Shown here in pieces: positions 40,754-51,085 of a stretch of 64,000 nucleotides of DNA. The notes under the pieces are model-generated. The model was not told the DNA's origin. It worked only from the letters and a program-made list of their open reading frames with translations, and made no database searches. A program made the position numbers and the translations under genes. The stretch comes from Flavobacteriaceae bacterium (GTDB lineage Bacteria > Bacteroidota > Bacteroidia > Flavobacteriales > Flavobacteriaceae): the NCBI GenBank assembly GCA_045562345.1, contig JBJKVZ010000026.1, forward strand, positions 23,820 to 87,819, given 5' to 3'. Positions within the stretch are counted from its first letter, which is position 1, and each line of letters opens with the position of its first letter.

Positions 40754-43596
40754 ATGAAAGATGTCATTTCAGTTCAAGGAGCAAGAGTTCACAATTTAAA
40801 AAATATTGATGTTAATATACCAAGAAATAAGCTTGTCGTAATAACTGGTATTTCAGGAAGTGGTAAATCATCTCTTGCTTTTGACACAATATATGCTGAG
40901 GGTCAAAGAAGATATATAGAAACATTTTCAGCATATGCTAGACAATTTATTGGTTCTTTAGAAAAACCAAATGTTGATAAAATAGATGGCTTATCTCCAG
41001 TGATAGCTATAGAACAAAAAACCACCTCTAAAAATCCACGTTCAACTGTTGGAACCATAACTGAAATATACGATTACTTAAGACTTCTTTACTCCAGAAT
41101 TGGTGATGCTTATAGCTATAATTCTGGAAAAAAAATGGTGAGTTATACGGATGAAGAAATTATTGATTTGATCACAAAAGCATATCTAGGAAAAAAAATA
41201 ACTATACTATCTCCTCTTGTTAAGTCAAGAAAAGGTCATTACAGGGAATTGTTTATGAATATTAGAAAACAAGGCTTTTTAAAAGCTAGAATTGATGGAG
41301 TTATTGAGGAAATTGAAATTAACATGAAATTAGATAGATACAAAATTCATGATATTGAAATTGTAATTGATAGAATTATTGTAAAAAATGATAAAAATTC
41401 TATAAAGAGATTAAAAGAAAGCGTTATCACTGCATTATATCACGGAAATGACTCAATTGTTATAATGGATGACGAAAATTTAAAAACAAAACATCTTAGT
41501 AAAAATTTAGTTTGTCCTCAAACAGGAATTTCTTATTCAAAACCAGAACCAAATAATTTTTCTTTTAACTCTCCAAAAGGAATGTGTAAGAGTTGTAATG
41601 GTCTTGGACGAATTGATAAGATTAACTTAAAAAGTATCATTCCAAATAACAAAATATCGATATATTCTGGTGGAATTATCCCAATAGGTCCTTACAAAAA
41701 TAATTGGATGTTTAAACAACTTTTAACAATCGCAGATAGATATAGTTTTGATTTAAAATTACCAATTGGTAAAATTCCAAAAAAAGCTATGGATATTATT
41801 CTTCATGGAGGAAATGAAAGATTTTCTGTAAAATCAAAATCATTGGGTTTAACCCGTACTTATGAAATAAATTTTGAGGGTATAATTCCATTTATTGAAA
41901 ATCAGTATAATGAAAATTTTAGCACAAGAATAAAAAGATGGGCAAAAGCTTTCATGGAAAATATTTTATGTCCAGATTGTAATGGCGCAAGATTAAATCG
42001 TGAATCCTTACACTTCTACATTAATAAACTAAATATTGCAGAAGTTTGTTCAATGGATATTTTAATGTTAAAAGATTGGTTTAAGAAAATTGAATTAAAA
42101 TTATCAAAACAAAATAAAATCATTTCATCTGAAATAATTAAAGAATTAAATAAAAGATTAAAATTTTTGTTAGATGTAGGTTTAGACTATTTGTCTCTAA
42201 ATAGACCTTCAAAATCGCTTTCTGGTGGTGAATCTCAAAGAATACGTTTGGCTACACAAATTGGCTCCCAACTTGTTGGTGTATTATATATTCTTGATGA
42301 ACCAAGCATAGGCCTTCATCAAAGTGATAATTCAAAATTAATTGATTCTTTAAAGACATTGAGAGATATTGGAAACTCTATTATTGTTGTTGAACATGAC
42401 AAAGAAATAATGGAAAAAGCAGATCATATTATTGATATTGGTCCAGAAGCAGGAAAAAAAGGTGGGGAGATTATATATAGTGGGTCATTTAAGAAAATGA
42501 TTAACACAAAAACTTTAACTGCAGAATATTTAAATGGATTAAAATCAATTAATGTTCCTCTTAAAAGAAGAAGTCACACAAAAAAAAATAATAAAGCTAT
42601 TTGGATGTAAGGGGTAATAATCTTAAAAATATTGATGTTGAGTTTCCCCTGGGTTTAATAATTGGAATAACTGGTGTTTCAGGTAGCGGAAAATCTACAC
42701 TTGTAAATGAAACCCTCTACCCTATTTTAAATAATCATTTTTTTAACGGGGTTAGAGAGCCTTTGGAATACGATAAAATAAATGGTATTCAAGACATTGA
42801 TAAAGTTATTCAAATTAATCAATCACCTATAGGAAGAACCCCAAGAAGTAATCCAGCGACCTACACTGGAGTTTATAGTGATATAAGATCTCTTTTTTCT
42901 ATCACACCTGAGGCATTAATAAGAGGCTATAAACCGGGAAGATTTAGTTTTAATGTTGTAGGTGGTAGATGTGAAACATGTCAAGGTGCTGGTCTTAGAA
43001 AAATTGAAATGAATTTTTTAGCTGATGTATATATCAATTGTGATGATTGTAATGGTAAAAGGTTTAACAGAGAAACACTTGAGATCAGATATAAAGGTAA
43101 ATCGATCTCAGATATATTAAACATGACAATAAATGAATCTTGCGTTTTCTTTGAAAATTTTCCAAAAATTTCAAGAAAATTAAAAACGATAAAAGAAGTA
43201 GGTTTAGGATATATAACTCTGGGCCAACAATCTACTACTCTCTCTGGTGGAGAAGCCCAGAGAATTAAACTAGCTACTGAACTTTCCAAAAGAGATACTG
43301 GAAAAACATTATTTATTTTGGATGAACCTACAACTGGATTACATTTCCAAGATATCAAAGTTTTATTAGACATGATTAATAAATTAGCTGATAAAGGAAA
43401 TACAATCATAATTATTGAACACAATATGGATGTTATTAAAACTGTAGATCATATTATTGAAATTGGACCTAATGGAGGAAGAAATGGTGGTAGGGTAATA
43501 TTCAAAGGTTCCCCAGAGGAATTAATAAAGTTTAAAGATAGTCCAACATCACATTATTTAAAAAAAGAACTAACTTCGAACAATAGTTATGCATAG
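40754..43596 (+). pseudogene. uvrA: excinuclease ABC subunit A, frame broken at about 42599..42604; probably a sequencing artefact
   Basis: ORFs 40754..42610 and 42601..43596 together form one collinear UvrA. It has two ABC modules ([20 protein letters not shown]) and the zinc fingers CKSCNGLG and CETCQGAG. The shift is confined to 42595..42607 by flanking stops in the two frames. One extra T (TTT to TTTT) gives ...[16 protein letters not shown]. Confidence 0.92.
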
Positions 43597-44249
43597 ACAA
43601 GATTTAAAAAACTGGAATGAAGTAAAAACAAACGATTCATGGTCTGTTTTTAAAATCATGGGTGAATTTGTAGATGGTTATGAAAAAATGAGTAAAATAG
43701 GCCCTTGTGTTTCAATTTTTGGCTCAGCAAGAACAAAATCAGATGATAAGTATTATCAATTAGCCAGTGATATTGCAAAAAAAATTGTAGAATTAGGATT
43801 CGGAGTTATAACAGGCGGAGGTCCTGGAATTATGGAAGCTGCTAATAAAGGAGCTAAAGAAGTATTAGGATCCTCTGTTGGATTAAATATTGAGCTTCCA
43901 TTTGAACAAAAACATAATAAGTATATAGATGAAGATAAATCATTAGATTTTGATTATTTTTTTGTTAGAAAAGTGATGTTTATAAAATACTCTCAAGGAT
44001 TTGTTGTAATGCCTGGTGGATTTGGTACACTTGATGAATTGTTTGAGGCAATTACATTAATTCAAACAAAAAAAATCACAAGTATTTCCAATTATATTGG
44101 TAGGATCGGGTTTTTGGTTAAAATGCTACGATTGGATAAAGGATGAGCTTGTAAACAAGTACAAATATATTTCACCAGATGAATTAGAACTAATATCTGT
44201 AGTTGATGGAGCTGATGAAGTCGTAGAAATACTTTCAGAATTTTTATAA
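43589..44249 (+). pseudogene. LOG-family (TIGR00730) Rossmann-fold nucleotide phosphoribohydrolase, frame broken at the A8 run 44068..44075; probably an artefact
   Basis: ORF 43589..44146 carries GGGPGIMEAANKGA and PGGFGTLDELFE. After the A8 run the +1 frame reads ...FPIILVGSGFWLKCYDWIKDELVNKYKYISPDELELISVVDGADEVVEILSEFL* and ends at 44249. Removing one A gives LIQTKKSQVFPIILVG. Confidence 0.88.
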
Positions 44250-44295
44250 CAAGAAGACAATTAGTCCTAATTTTTAATCTCATGATTAATATATA

Positions 44296-47181
44296 ATGAG
44301 ATTAATATTATTTCTAATTATTTTTCTAAGTTTCTCTAAATTTTATTCACAAGAAAATAGTTATAATATAATAGCAAATTTTGATCCCAACAATAGAAAA
44401 ATTTATATTGATCAGTATTTAGAATTTTATAATAAATCTAAAAAATCAATTGAGTATTTAATATTAAATGATTGGGCAAATTCATATTCAACTTCCAACT
44501 CTAAATTAGGAAAAAGATTATCTGATGAATATATTCTATCTTTTCAAAGATCAACTAAAAACCAAAGAGGATATACGCTTATCGATAAAATCGTACATAA
44601 TAATAATAATTTAGATTATAGAAGATTAGAAAATAACTTAGACCTGATAAAGATATTTTTAAAAAAACCTTTAGAAAGTAACTCTTCTATTAAAATTAAC
44701 ATTAAATATGAAATAATTATACCAATTGATGATTTTACAGGCTACGGAATCAATAAGTCTGATGATATTAATATTAGAGATTGGTACTTAACATTTGCAA
44801 AAATTAAAAGTGGGAAATGGCAACTGGAAAGTAACTTAGATTTAAATGATTTATCTCATGACCCTGCTTTTTTCGATTTTAATATATCTTATCCATATGA
44901 ATACCAGCTGATAAGTGATATAAATGATTTAACATATAAAAACAACGATAAAAGAAAAATTATAAGGTCTAAACGAGAATTGCGCAAAAATTCTTACATA
45001 ATTCTTACAAAAAAATCCAATTTTAATCTTTATGATTTAGGCAAAATAAAGATTTACTCTGATATTAAAAATGAAGTAGATAAATCTGATTCATTAATAA
45101 ATAAAGCAATTATTTATATAGATAAGAAAACTGGAAATTATATACCACTTAATAAACCCAATGAAAATAAGATTGAGAAAAAGTCAATTGTGAATAAAAT
45201 ATACAATTATACAGAAAAAAAGATTGGTAAATATCCATTCGATAAAATGGTGATATCTAAAAAGAATCAATCAAGAAGACCGATTTATGGAATAAATAAT
45301 CTGCCAAACATAATAAGTCCATTTTCAGAATCCTTTTTGTTTGAATTTAACTTTTTAAAAGAATTTCTTCACACATATTTTGAAGAATCTATCTCATTTC
45401 ATAAAAGAAAAGATTATTGGATAATTGACGGCATGGTTATCTATTTGTTAATGGATTATGTTGATACTTATTATCCTAATTTAAAATTAATTGGTAAATA
45501 TTCAGATCTTAAAATATTAAAAAATAGAAATTATGCTAATTATTCATTTAATGAACAGTTTAGACTTTTTGAAAACATTATTTCTAGTAGAAATATTGGT
45601 CAATCAATAAATACCACACTTGACTCATTAACAAGAATTAATTTAAAAATTATTAACCCCTACAAATCTGGAATTGGAATGAAAATGCTTTCAAACATAT
45701 TAAGTAAAGAAACAATAGAAACTTCAATTAGAGATTACTTCAAAAAAAACAGTTTAAATAGATCAAATAACTCATCATTTAAGTCAATTCTTGAAAATAA
45801 TGGTTTTGCAAAATCTAATTGGTTTTTTGAAGAGTACCTACAAAAAAAATTATTCAAAGATTTTTCAATTAAAAATATTAACAGTACAGCGAACAATACC
45901 TTCTTTAAAATAACAAAGCATTATGACTCCAAAATACCTGTTCAGTTGAGTTTAATAAAAAACAATAAGGTGATTAAAAATAAGTGGCTTGATATTAAGA
46001 AAAGAGATACTATTGTTTCTTTCAACTCTAATTTTTATGATTTTGTAGAATTAAATAAAGATAAATATGTAACTGAAACAAAATATAAAAATAATTTTGC
46101 CTCATTTGAAAAGTACAACAAGCCTTTGAAATTTGTGCTTTTTACTGATTTTGAAAATATTTATAACAAACAAATTAACTACATACCACTTTTAGGATAC
46201 AATCTTTATGATGGCTTAATGCCAGGAATTGATCTCACCAATATAACTTTAATAAAAAAACCATTTAATTATAAAATAAAATCTTTTTATTCCTCAAAAC
46301 AAAAAAAATTGTTAGGGAGTATGAACCTTAAGTTCACAGATTATAATGAAAATAAAAAATTATTTAGCACTCAATATTTTCTTAGTGGATCAACGTTTCA
46401 TTATAAAGATAACTTATCTTATACAAGTTTTTTTCCATCCGTAACATTTCTTTTTAGAAATTCTGATTTAAGATCAAATTTTAGACAATTCTTAGCTTTT
46501 AAATATATTAGTATATATCGTGAAGAAAATAATGATCAAAAAAAATACCCAAACTATAACATTTTCAATGTTAAATACATTATTTCAGACAGCTATGGAG
46601 GAAAAGGTATCTCATTGAATACTGACCTGCAAATTAACAAATCATTTATTAAAACATCGATTACAGGAAGATTTAGAAATTACTATAAAGATAATAGACA
46701 ATATAACATTCGATTTTTTCTTGGAAAATTCTTTTATAATAAAACCGATGATGATTATTTTAGTTTTTCCACATACAGAACAAGAGACTACATGTTTAAT
46801 TATAATTTACTTGGACGTTCTGAAGATTCAGGTTTCTATAGTCAACAATTCATAAATACTGAGGGGGCACTAAAATCTAGAGTTAAACCAGCATATTCAA
46901 ATAACTGGATATTTTCTATTAATTCTGGAATTACTATTTGGCAATGGGTTGAAGGATATTATGATTTTGCAATTATTAAAAATAAAGGAATAAAAACTAA
47001 AACTGCTTACGATTCAGGAATAAGACTTAATATTTTAACAGATTATTTTGAGCTTTACTTTCCTTTTTATTCTTCTTTAGGAAATGAATTAAAAGTTCCT
47101 AGTTACATCGACAGGATAAGATTTAAAGTCACATTTGATCCAAATACCTTGACAGGATTGTTTACAAGACGCTGGTTTTAA
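44296..47181 (+). CDS. large hypothetical secreted/outer-membrane protein, possibly a degenerate M1-peptidase-like domain plus beta-rich C-terminus
   Basis: 961 aa with the signal peptide MRLILFLIIFLSFSKFYSQ. It is N/K/Y-rich and its C-terminus ends in ...RRWF. The region FLHTYFEESISFHKRKDYWIIDGMVIYL resembles the M1 HExxH...WLNEGFA block but lacks HExxH. Confidence 0.6.
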   Translation: MRLILFLIIFLSFSKFYSQENSYNIIANFDPNNRKIYIDQYLEFYNKSKKSIEYLILNDWANSYSTSNSKLGKRLSDEYILSFQRSTKNQRGYTLIDKIVHNNNNLDYRRLENNLDLIKIFLKKPLESNSSIKINIKYEIIIPIDDFTGYGINKSDDINIRDWYLTFAKIKSGKWQLESNLDLNDLSHDPAFFDFNISYPYEYQLISDINDLTYKNNDKRKIIRSKRELRKNSYIILTKKSNFNLYDLGKIKIYSDIKNEVDKSDSLINKAIIYIDKKTGNYIPLNKPNENKIEKKSIVNKIYNYTEKKIGKYPFDKMVISKKNQSRRPIYGINNLPNIISPFSESFLFEFNFLKEFLHTYFEESISFHKRKDYWIIDGMVIYLLMDYVDTYYPNLKLIGKYSDLKILKNRNYANYSFNEQFRLFENIISSRNIGQSINTTLDSLTRINLKIINPYKSGIGMKMLSNILSKETIETSIRDYFKKNSLNRSNNSSFKSILENNGFAKSNWFFEEYLQKKLFKDFSIKNINSTANNTFFKITKHYDSKIPVQLSLIKNNKVIKNKWLDIKKRDTIVSFNSNFYDFVELNKDKYVTETKYKNNFASFEKYNKPLKFVLFTDFENIYNKQINYIPLLGYNLYDGLMPGIDLTNITLIKKPFNYKIKSFYSSKQKKLLGSMNLKFTDYNENKKLFSTQYFLSGSTFHYKDNLSYTSFFPSVTFLFRNSDLRSNFRQFLAFKYISIYREENNDQKKYPNYNIFNVKYIISDSYGGKGISLNTDLQINKSFIKTSITGRFRNYYKDNRQYNIRFFLGKFFYNKTDDDYFSFSTYRTRDYMFNYNLLGRSEDSGFYSQQFINTEGALKSRVKPAYSNNWIFSINSGITIWQWVEGYYDFAIIKNKGIKTKTAYDSGIRLNILTDYFELYFPFYSSLGNELKVPSYIDRIRFKVTFDPNTLTGLFTRRWF

Positions 47182-47199
47182 TTCTTTCTATCTTTTTTA

Positions 47200-47207
47200 T
47201 AAATTTG
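47200..47207 (+). promoter_or_regulatory. Bacteroidota-type -7 box TAAATTTG
   Basis: Exact TAnnTTTG match ending 14 nt before the ATG at 47222. Confidence 0.3.
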
Positions 47208-47221
47208 TCATCCTTTTTATA

Positions 47222-49633
47222 ATGGAAAACAACCTAGACTTAAATAAAGAAATATCTTTTAAAACTTTTAAAAAACAGGTATTATTAGATTACAAAATAA
47301 TAGTAACAAGTAGAGAAGCTAGTCTTTTAGGTAGAAGAGAGGTTCTGAATGGTAAAGCAAAGTTTGGAATCTTTGGGGATGGAAAAGAGCTCCCCCAAGT
47401 TGCTTTAGCAAAGGTTTTTAAAAAAGGAGATTTTAGATCAGGTTATTACAGAGATCAAACATTTATGATGGCAATTAATGAATTAACAGTTAAACAACTT
47501 TTTGCTGGATTATATGCTAACACTGATATTAACGAAGAACCTATGTCAGCTGGAAGACAAATGGGCGCTCATTTTAATACGGTTAGTTTAAATAAAGATG
47601 GATCTTGGAGAGATTTAGTAAATCTAAAAAATTCTAGTTCTGATGTTTCATGTACGGGATCACAAATGCCAAGACTTTTAGGTCTTGCACAAGCATCCAA
47701 ATTATATAGAAAAATTAAAACAAAAAACAGTTCGAAATTTTCTAAAAACGGAAATGAAGTTGCATGGGGAACTATTGGAAATGCAAGCACAAGTGAAGGT
47801 ATTTTTTTTGAGGTGCTAAATGCTGCTGGAGTTCATCAAGTTCCTTTGGTAATAAGTATATGGGATGATGATTATGGAATTTCTGTAGAAAATAAAGATC
47901 AAACAATTAAAGAAAGTATATCCAAAGCATTGTCAGGATTTCAAAGAAACAAATCTGAATCAGGATTTGAAATTTTGACAGTTAAAGGATGGGATTATCC
48001 AGCTCTTATAAATACTTATCAAAAAGCAAATGATATCGCTAGGGATAAACATATTCCTGTTATTGTACATGTAACGGAATTAACACAGCCAATTGGACAT
48101 TCTACATCAGGCTCACATGAAAGATATAAAACAAGAGACAGATTAGATTGGGAAAAAAATAACGATTGTAATATTAAAATGAAATCATGGATAATTGAAA
48201 ATAATATTGCAATTGAATCTGAACTTGAATTAATTGAAAATGAATCTAAGGAACATGTCAAGAAATCAAAGACTGAAGCCTGGAATACATATTTAGATCC
48301 AATTAAAAAATCACAAAATGAATTATTATCAATTCTTAATAAAATAAAATCTGAAAACAATAGTGATCTATTGATTGATGAGATTAATAAGCTAAAAAAA
48401 ATTAAGGAACCAAATAATAAAGATTTACTTTCAACATCAAGAAAACTACTCAGAAACTTAATAAACATTAAAAGTCTAAATATTAATTCTTTAAAAGAAT
48501 GGAACAAAAATTATAAAAGGTTCCATGAAGAAATATTTAGTTCTAAATTATACAATGAATTTTCAACTAATTATAAAAATGTAAAAGAAGTAAAGCCAAT
48601 ATATGATGAAACTTCAAAGAATGTTGATGGTAGAATTATTTTGAGAAACAATTTTAAAAAACTTTTTGAAACTTATGATAATTTATTAGTTTTTGGAGAA
48701 GATACTGGCAAAATTGGTGATGTTAATCAAGGTTTAGAGGGCCTTCAAGATATTTTTGGAAGTGAACGTGTTGCTGACAGAGGAATTAGAGAAGCTTCAA
48801 TTGTTGGAGAAGGTATAGGTTTAGCTCTCAGAGGATTTCGTCCAATCGCTGAAATTCAATATATAGATTATATTTTTTATGCACTTCAAATTTTAAGTGA
48901 TGATTTAGCTACATTACACTACAGAACCTTTGGAAGACAAATTGCTCCTTTAATTATTAGGACTAGAGGCCACAGGTTAGAGGGGATTTGGCATTCAGGT
49001 TCTCCTATGGGGGCACTACTATCAACAATGAGAGGAATTAATTTATTAGTTCCAAGAAATATGACTCAAGCAAGTGGAATGTACAATACATTATTAAAAT
49101 GCGAAGAACCTGCAATTTTGGTTGAATCATTAAATGGATATAGGTTAAAAGAAAAAGAGCCAAATAATCTTTCTGAATTTACTGTTAAACTTGGAGTTCC
49201 AGAGGTTTTAAAACACGGAAATGACATAACTGTACTTTCATATGGTTCAACACTTAGGTTAGCTGAAAAAGCAGCTATCGAGCTTGAAAAGCTTAATATT
49301 AATATAGAATTAATTGATTTACAAACATTAATTCCTTTTGATATTGAAGAAATGATAAAAAACAGTTTAGAGAAAACAAATAAATTAATGATAGTTGATG
49401 AAGATATTCCTGGTGGTGCATCAGCATTTATTTTGAAAAAAATTATTGAAGATCAAGATGGTTATAATTTATTGGATAGCAAACCAGTTACTTTAACTGC
49501 TAATGAGAATAGACCTCCATATGGTACTGATGGAGATTATTTTTCAAAACCATCAGTTGATGATATTATTGATAAAGCATATGAGATAATGCATGAATAT
49601 GACCCAACTAATTATCCAAAATATCTTAATTAA
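47222..49633 (+). CDS. fused alpha/beta 2-oxoacid dehydrogenase E1 component (TPP-dependent)
   Basis: 803 aa. The N-terminal half is E1-alpha-like (TPP-binding region GNASTSEGIFFEVLNAA). The C-terminal half is E1-beta/transketolase-like (FGEDTGKIGDVNQG, RGIREASIVGEGIGLA). A K/N/E-rich linker joins them. Confidence 0.85.
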   Translation: MENNLDLNKEISFKTFKKQVLLDYKIIVTSREASLLGRREVLNGKAKFGIFGDGKELPQVALAKVFKKGDFRSGYYRDQTFMMAINELTVKQLFAGLYANTDINEEPMSAGRQMGAHFNTVSLNKDGSWRDLVNLKNSSSDVSCTGSQMPRLLGLAQASKLYRKIKTKNSSKFSKNGNEVAWGTIGNASTSEGIFFEVLNAAGVHQVPLVISIWDDDYGISVENKDQTIKESISKALSGFQRNKSESGFEILTVKGWDYPALINTYQKANDIARDKHIPVIVHVTELTQPIGHSTSGSHERYKTRDRLDWEKNNDCNIKMKSWIIENNIAIESELELIENESKEHVKKSKTEAWNTYLDPIKKSQNELLSILNKIKSENNSDLLIDEINKLKKIKEPNNKDLLSTSRKLLRNLINIKSLNINSLKEWNKNYKRFHEEIFSSKLYNEFSTNYKNVKEVKPIYDETSKNVDGRIILRNNFKKLFETYDNLLVFGEDTGKIGDVNQGLEGLQDIFGSERVADRGIREASIVGEGIGLALRGFRPIAEIQYIDYIFYALQILSDDLATLHYRTFGRQIAPLIIRTRGHRLEGIWHSGSPMGALLSTMRGINLLVPRNMTQASGMYNTLLKCEEPAILVESLNGYRLKEKEPNNLSEFTVKLGVPEVLKHGNDITVLSYGSTLRLAEKAAIELEKLNINIELIDLQTLIPFDIEEMIKNSLEKTNKLMIVDEDIPGGASAFILKKIIEDQDGYNLLDSKPVTLTANENRPPYGTDGDYFSKPSVDDIIDKAYEIMHEYDPTNYPKYLN

Positions 49634-50636
49634 TTATTTGAACAATTAGTTGTCTCAACAGATCCTTATTTGAAATTTTTGAAGCCCCTACTCCTTTACT
49701 TTTCAAATCACATTCATTAATAAGAGAAATTATTTTACTAATTCTTTTCATTGAATACATTTTTGATGCGTTCATATATTCTTTAACAAAGTATGGATTG
49801 ACTCCTAATGTTCTTGAAATATTAGATTCTGATTTGTTTGAAATACAATGAAACTGAAAAATTTGAATAAAATAATTGAAAATGGATGATAGTATTAACT
49901 GAATTGGATGTTTTGTTGAATTATTTGTTAAGTAATTTGAAATATCAAGTGATTTTTCAATATTTTTTTGACCTAAAGCATTTCTTAATTCAAAAACATT
50001 AAAATCTTTACTGATACCTATATTTTTTTCAATTAATTCAGAATCGATAATTTTATTAGAATTACATAGGATTTTCAATTTATTTAATTGATTATTTATT
50101 TTATTTAAATCATTTCCTAAGTATTCAGTTAACATAGATGCTGATTTAAAATCAATATTATAATTATCTTTTTTTAAATTTTCCGAAATCCAAATTGGAA
50201 TTCTATTTTCATATAATTTCTTACAATCAATAATTACCCCAAACTTTTGAACGTTTTTAAATAATTTTTTTCTTTTATCTAAACTTTTGTATTTATAATT
50301 AATAATTAAAATAGTAGACATCATTGGGTTCAAGGCATAATCAGACAAAGCATCAATTTGTCTTGATAATTCCTGAGCTTCTTTTATAAATACAGTTTGA
50401 TATTCGGAGTTTATTGGATATCTTTTACAAATTGAAACCAATTCACTTATTGTGGTTTCTTTTCCATATAAAACTGTTTTGTTAAAGCTTTTTTCTTCCT
50501 CTGACAAGACTTTTTTTTCCAATAAATTAGAAATATAATCAATGTAAAATGTTTCCTCACCCATAAGAAAATAAATTGGAGAGTAAGCTTTACTTTTGAT
50601 TTTTGAAATTATCATATTAATTTCTTGTAAATTCAT
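49626..50636 (-). CDS. holA: DNA polymerase III delta subunit
   Basis: 336 aa. The N-terminal IYFLMGEETFYID pattern and overall layout are typical of HolA. Sequence conservation in this family is low. Confidence 0.75.
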   Translation of the reverse strand: MNLQEINMIISKIKSKAYSPIYFLMGEETFYIDYISNLLEKKVLSEEEKSFNKTVLYGKETTISELVSICKRYPINSEYQTVFIKEAQELSRQIDALSDYALNPMMSTILIINYKYKSLDKRKKLFKNVQKFGVIIDCKKLYENRIPIWISENLKKDNYNIDFKSASMLTEYLGNDLNKINNQLNKLKILCNSNKIIDSELIEKNIGISKDFNVFELRNALGQKNIEKSLDISNYLTNNSTKHPIQLILSSIFNYFIQIFQFHCISNKSESNISRTLGVNPYFVKEYMNASKMYSMKRISKIISLINECDLKSKGVGASKISNKDLLRQLIVQIIN

Positions 50637-50650
50637 GATCCAAATAAACT

Positions 50651-51085
50651 ATGTTAAAATTAAATTTTCCAGCATTTAAAATTCTTATTAAAAATAAGGA
50701 TAATAAATCTCATATATTTGATGTGTTAAGAAAAAAATTTGTTGTATTAACACCAGAGGAATGGGTTAGACAACATGTCGTTAATTTTCTTATTAAAAAA
50801 AATATTAGTAAAAATCATATTGCTATTGAAAAAAGAATTTTAATTAATAATTTAACAAAAAGATTTGATGTTTTAGTTTATGATAGAAATGGAGAGGTTT
50901 TACTTTTGATAGAATGTAAAGCTCCTAAAGTAAATTTAAATCAAAAAGTTTTTGATCAAGTTTCAATTTATAATCAACACTTAAATTCTAAATTTTTAAT
51001 GATAACAAATGGATTATCACATTTTTATTTGAAGGTTGATAAAAAGAATAAAAAGTATGTTTTTTTAAATAAATTTCCACTTTAA
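50651..51085 (+). CDS. stand-alone HsdR-N-terminal-domain (PD-(D/E)xK-like) protein
   Basis: 144 aa with PEEWVRQ..., ...RFDVLVYD... and ...LLIECKAP, a D...E-x-K nuclease-like signature. The start lies 14 nt from the divergent holA start. Confidence 0.65.
   Translation: MLKLNFPAFKILIKNKDNKSHIFDVLRKKFVVLTPEEWVRQHVVNFLIKKNISKNHIAIEKRILINNLTKRFDVLVYDRNGEVLLLIECKAPKVNLNQKVFDQVSIYNQHLNSKFLMITNGLSHFYLKVDKKNKKYVFLNKFPL

Noticed and set aside
42981-43424. 147-aa antisense ORF inside uvrA
   Set aside because: It falls entirely within a strongly conserved UvrA ABC module on the other strand. It has no recognisable motif or independent signals, so it is a shadow ORF.
48019-48507. 162-aa antisense ORF inside the fused E1 dehydrogenase gene
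   Set aside because: It lies opposite the K/N/E-rich linker. Those sense codons (AAA/AAT/GAA/TTA) give stop-free antisense triplets. The translated product is low-complexity F/L/S-rich with no motif, so it is a shadow ORF.
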